Sequence record: OK905446.1
Strand: one strand, 5' to 3'
DNA length: 64,000 nt
Part shown: positions 62,335-64,000 of the stretch, piece after piece
Layout of the letters: each line of letters begins with the position of its first letter
How positions within the stretch are numbered: the first letter of the stretch is position 1
The notes under the pieces: generated by a model
What the model was told of the DNA's origin: nothing
Seen by the model: the letters and a program-made list of their open reading frames with translations, nothing else
Databases searched by the model: none
Position numbers and translations under genes: made by a program

Positions 62335-62702
62335 ACTTTATTCCTCAGATAGTCAAGATGTTCAGCAAATTCTTCGTATGATTTGATGTCATTCTCCCTG
62401 AAATAAATGATCATGTCAAGAGAATGTTTGTCATCGTCGTACGTTTGAATCAATTCATCTTCGTAGAACAGTCCATTAGTGTTCACAATCGTCAGTCTAT
62501 TCATATCCATTCTATGATGCGAACGGATATGCCAACGTCTCAATTCTTTAACACGCTCTTTGATTTGTGGTTCTACTCGCTTCATGATGTTATGCAAGTT
62601 ATGCAGACGACGAATATCATGCGGCTTTCGTTTTAAATTTGCAACCGCTGTTTCTAACAAGTCGAAATCAGCAGGCAACCCTTTGCGTTCGTTGTCGTTC
62701 AT
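62319..62702 (-). CDS. hypothetical protein
   Basis: GAGG RBS; overlaps nadR start. Confidence 0.7.
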   Translation of the reverse strand: MNDNERKGLPADFDLLETAVANLKRKPHDIRRLHNLHNIMKRVEPQIKERVKELRRWHIRSHHRMDMNRLTIVNTNGLFYEDELIQTYDDDKHSLDMIIYFRENDIKSYEEFAEHLDYLRNKVCTRV

Positions 62703-62813
62703 TTTCGAAGACCTCGTTCCTTTTTATCGTCTTCGACTGTTTTACTTGCATGACTCACAACGGGTTCGTCTGCGTAAACCTTTTCACCTCGCTTCACTAC
62801 ACCATGATATGAA

Positions 62814-63029
62814 TCAGCCTGCTTCGTCGAACCATTCTTTCCAACACGAAAGTTCGTCTTCTGTGCAAAGCGAAGTTTCACAACTAGACCCTTCTCGTGT
62901 TTCGTTGCATTCTCGTATACTACTTTCATAATTATTTTCCCACATTTGATCAACAGCCTTGTTGAATTCGTCGAATCCCATCGGTGTTAAGTCTTGCAGG
63001 GATAGCGTTGACTGCATACTATCCCACAT
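62814..63029 (-). CDS. acidic hypothetical protein
   Basis: Follows 63033 ORF; overlaps alternative ORF 62699-62953. Confidence 0.5.
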   Translation of the reverse strand: MWDSMQSTLSLQDLTPMGFDEFNKAVDQMWENNYESSIRECNETREGSSCETSLCTEDELSCWKEWFDEAG

Positions 63030-63032
63030 AAA

Positions 63033-63464
63033 TTAGTTATCGTAATTGTCGTAACATGGCATCCACGAGTGACAAACACTATTCGAGCGAATGTATCCGT
63101 TGCGACCTCGATATGTTTCTACGCGATCATTGTAAATCTTGTTCTCAGTAAAAATATGATCGCCTACGTATAGCATATCATCACCAGGGAAATCAGTCAC
63201 GCGCAACGTCATTGAATGACCTTTCGTCGTTTTGATAAGACAACGTGTAGATCTCTTTGATGCTTTACAATGACTCACGGAAGTTATTTTTCCATAGTCA
63301 TATGTCGTTGTCTTTATAACGTCGTCTGATTTAGTGGCTGCTGAGAAAACCAACAGACCAATAAACATAATCCCAACAATACACGCAAAATGAATTGCTG
63401 AAAGGCAGAACGTTAACGCTGGGTCTTCTTTATAGTCTTTTTTGAAGTCTTCGATGAATTTCAT
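63033..63464 (-). CDS. membrane-anchored hypothetical protein
   Basis: GAGAACATT leader; TM helix; early promoter at about 63492-63519. Confidence 0.75.
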   Translation of the reverse strand: MKFIEDFKKDYKEDPALTFCLSAIHFACIVGIMFIGLLVFSAATKSDDVIKTTTYDYGKITSVSHCKASKRSTRCLIKTTKGHSMTLRVTDFPGDDMLYVGDHIFTENKIYNDRVETYRGRNGYIRSNSVCHSWMPCYDNYDN

Positions 63465-63552
63465 AATGTTCTCTCTCTAGTTGATGAGTTCATTATACGT
63501 ATCTGATATTAATTTGCAACCATTAAAAACAAAAAAAGACGCCGAAGCGTCT

Positions 63553-64000
63553 TTAAAAGTGAGGAACTTCACGTATTTCAATAAATGAAGCGAAGTTACC
63601 CACTCGATAGTCAGGTGAGTTGAACGCCTGACCGTTGTTGATCTGAAATGCAGGAACTGTAGTCACTGTTCCCGTTCCATTTAATCGACCGTATAGACTA
63701 ATTCGAACCCAACTATTAGCAGGTGCTCTGAACGACCCATTGAACTCAGCGGTTACAATAAACCCGTCCCCTGATATATTGAACGAACGCCCGTTGCTCC
63801 CGATTGGAGGTCTAACTTGCGTCCACGTCCCGTCAATCCCGTTTGTTGAATCCAATGAAACCTCAATGACGTTACTAAAGTAAACAGATGCCGCCGCCGC
63901 ACTACCCGCAGTCTTTTGTAGCATAATCGAACCTACGATCTGAACACCCTTGCCTCGTTCATTATACATGATAATTCGATTCGAGTCGTCTACAGAAAAC
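63553..64000 (-). CDS. partial CDS (C-terminal beta-rich domain), runs off the window
   Basis: Frame stays open to the window end; terminator hairpin just downstream. Confidence 0.7.
   Translation of the reverse strand, partial: FSVDDSNRIIMYNERGKGVQIVGSIMLQKTAGSAAAASVYFSNVIEVSLDSTNGIDGTWTQVRPPIGSNGRSFNISGDGFIVTAEFNGSFRAPANSWVRISLYGRLNGTGTVTTVPAFQINNGQAFNSPDYRVGNFASFIEIREVPHF

Noticed and set aside
62699-63029. 140-nt overlap of two same-strand ORFs as a dual-coding region or frameshift
   Set aside because: Cannot tell which is real; a short internal start would remove the overlap; no slippery site recognised

Overview
64-kb segment of a large T4-like myovirus genome, most similar to KVP40/nt-1-type Vibrio phages (Schizotequatrovirus-like). 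The basis is a 497-aa NadV, NadR and PnuC, plus T4 homologues asiA, gp52, nrdA/B/C, nrdC.10, vs.1 and 30.2, and TATAAATA-type late promoters. All family assignments come from motif recognition by eye; no searches were run. Left to right the window holds: (i) the end of a tRNA array (His, Cys, 2x Leu, Ser) with strongly structured spacers, a tRNA-like minihelix, small predicted head-packaged proteins, a receiver-like RNA-end-processing candidate, a TROVE/Ro60-like vWA protein (DUF2828) and a YkuK RNase H-like protein; (ii) two tandem gp36/gp37-like tail fibres with S74 chaperones, then a holin-like gene, Tad2 and AsiA; (iii) PhoH, an M15 endolysin, an ADP-ribosyltransferase-fold protein, QueE, topoisomerase gp52 and ribonucleotide reductase; (iv) an accessory modification region with three glycosyltransferases of different families, three N-terminal-twitch radical SAM enzymes, a QueC-like enzyme and a divergent second NAMPT-like phosphoribosyltransferase, partly in a late operon headed by a Thr/Ser-rich (about 62%) fibre-tip-like protein; (v) about 19 kb of small early genes under repeated promoter/terminator cassettes, including tandem 2OG-Fe(II) oxygenases, a CYTH protein and NAD salvage genes. 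The two best candidates for undescribed systems are the late virion-protein modification operon (40103-44878) and the tRNA-array ncRNA/TROVE-like RNP module (184-6914), whose parts share a 15-nt RNA motif.
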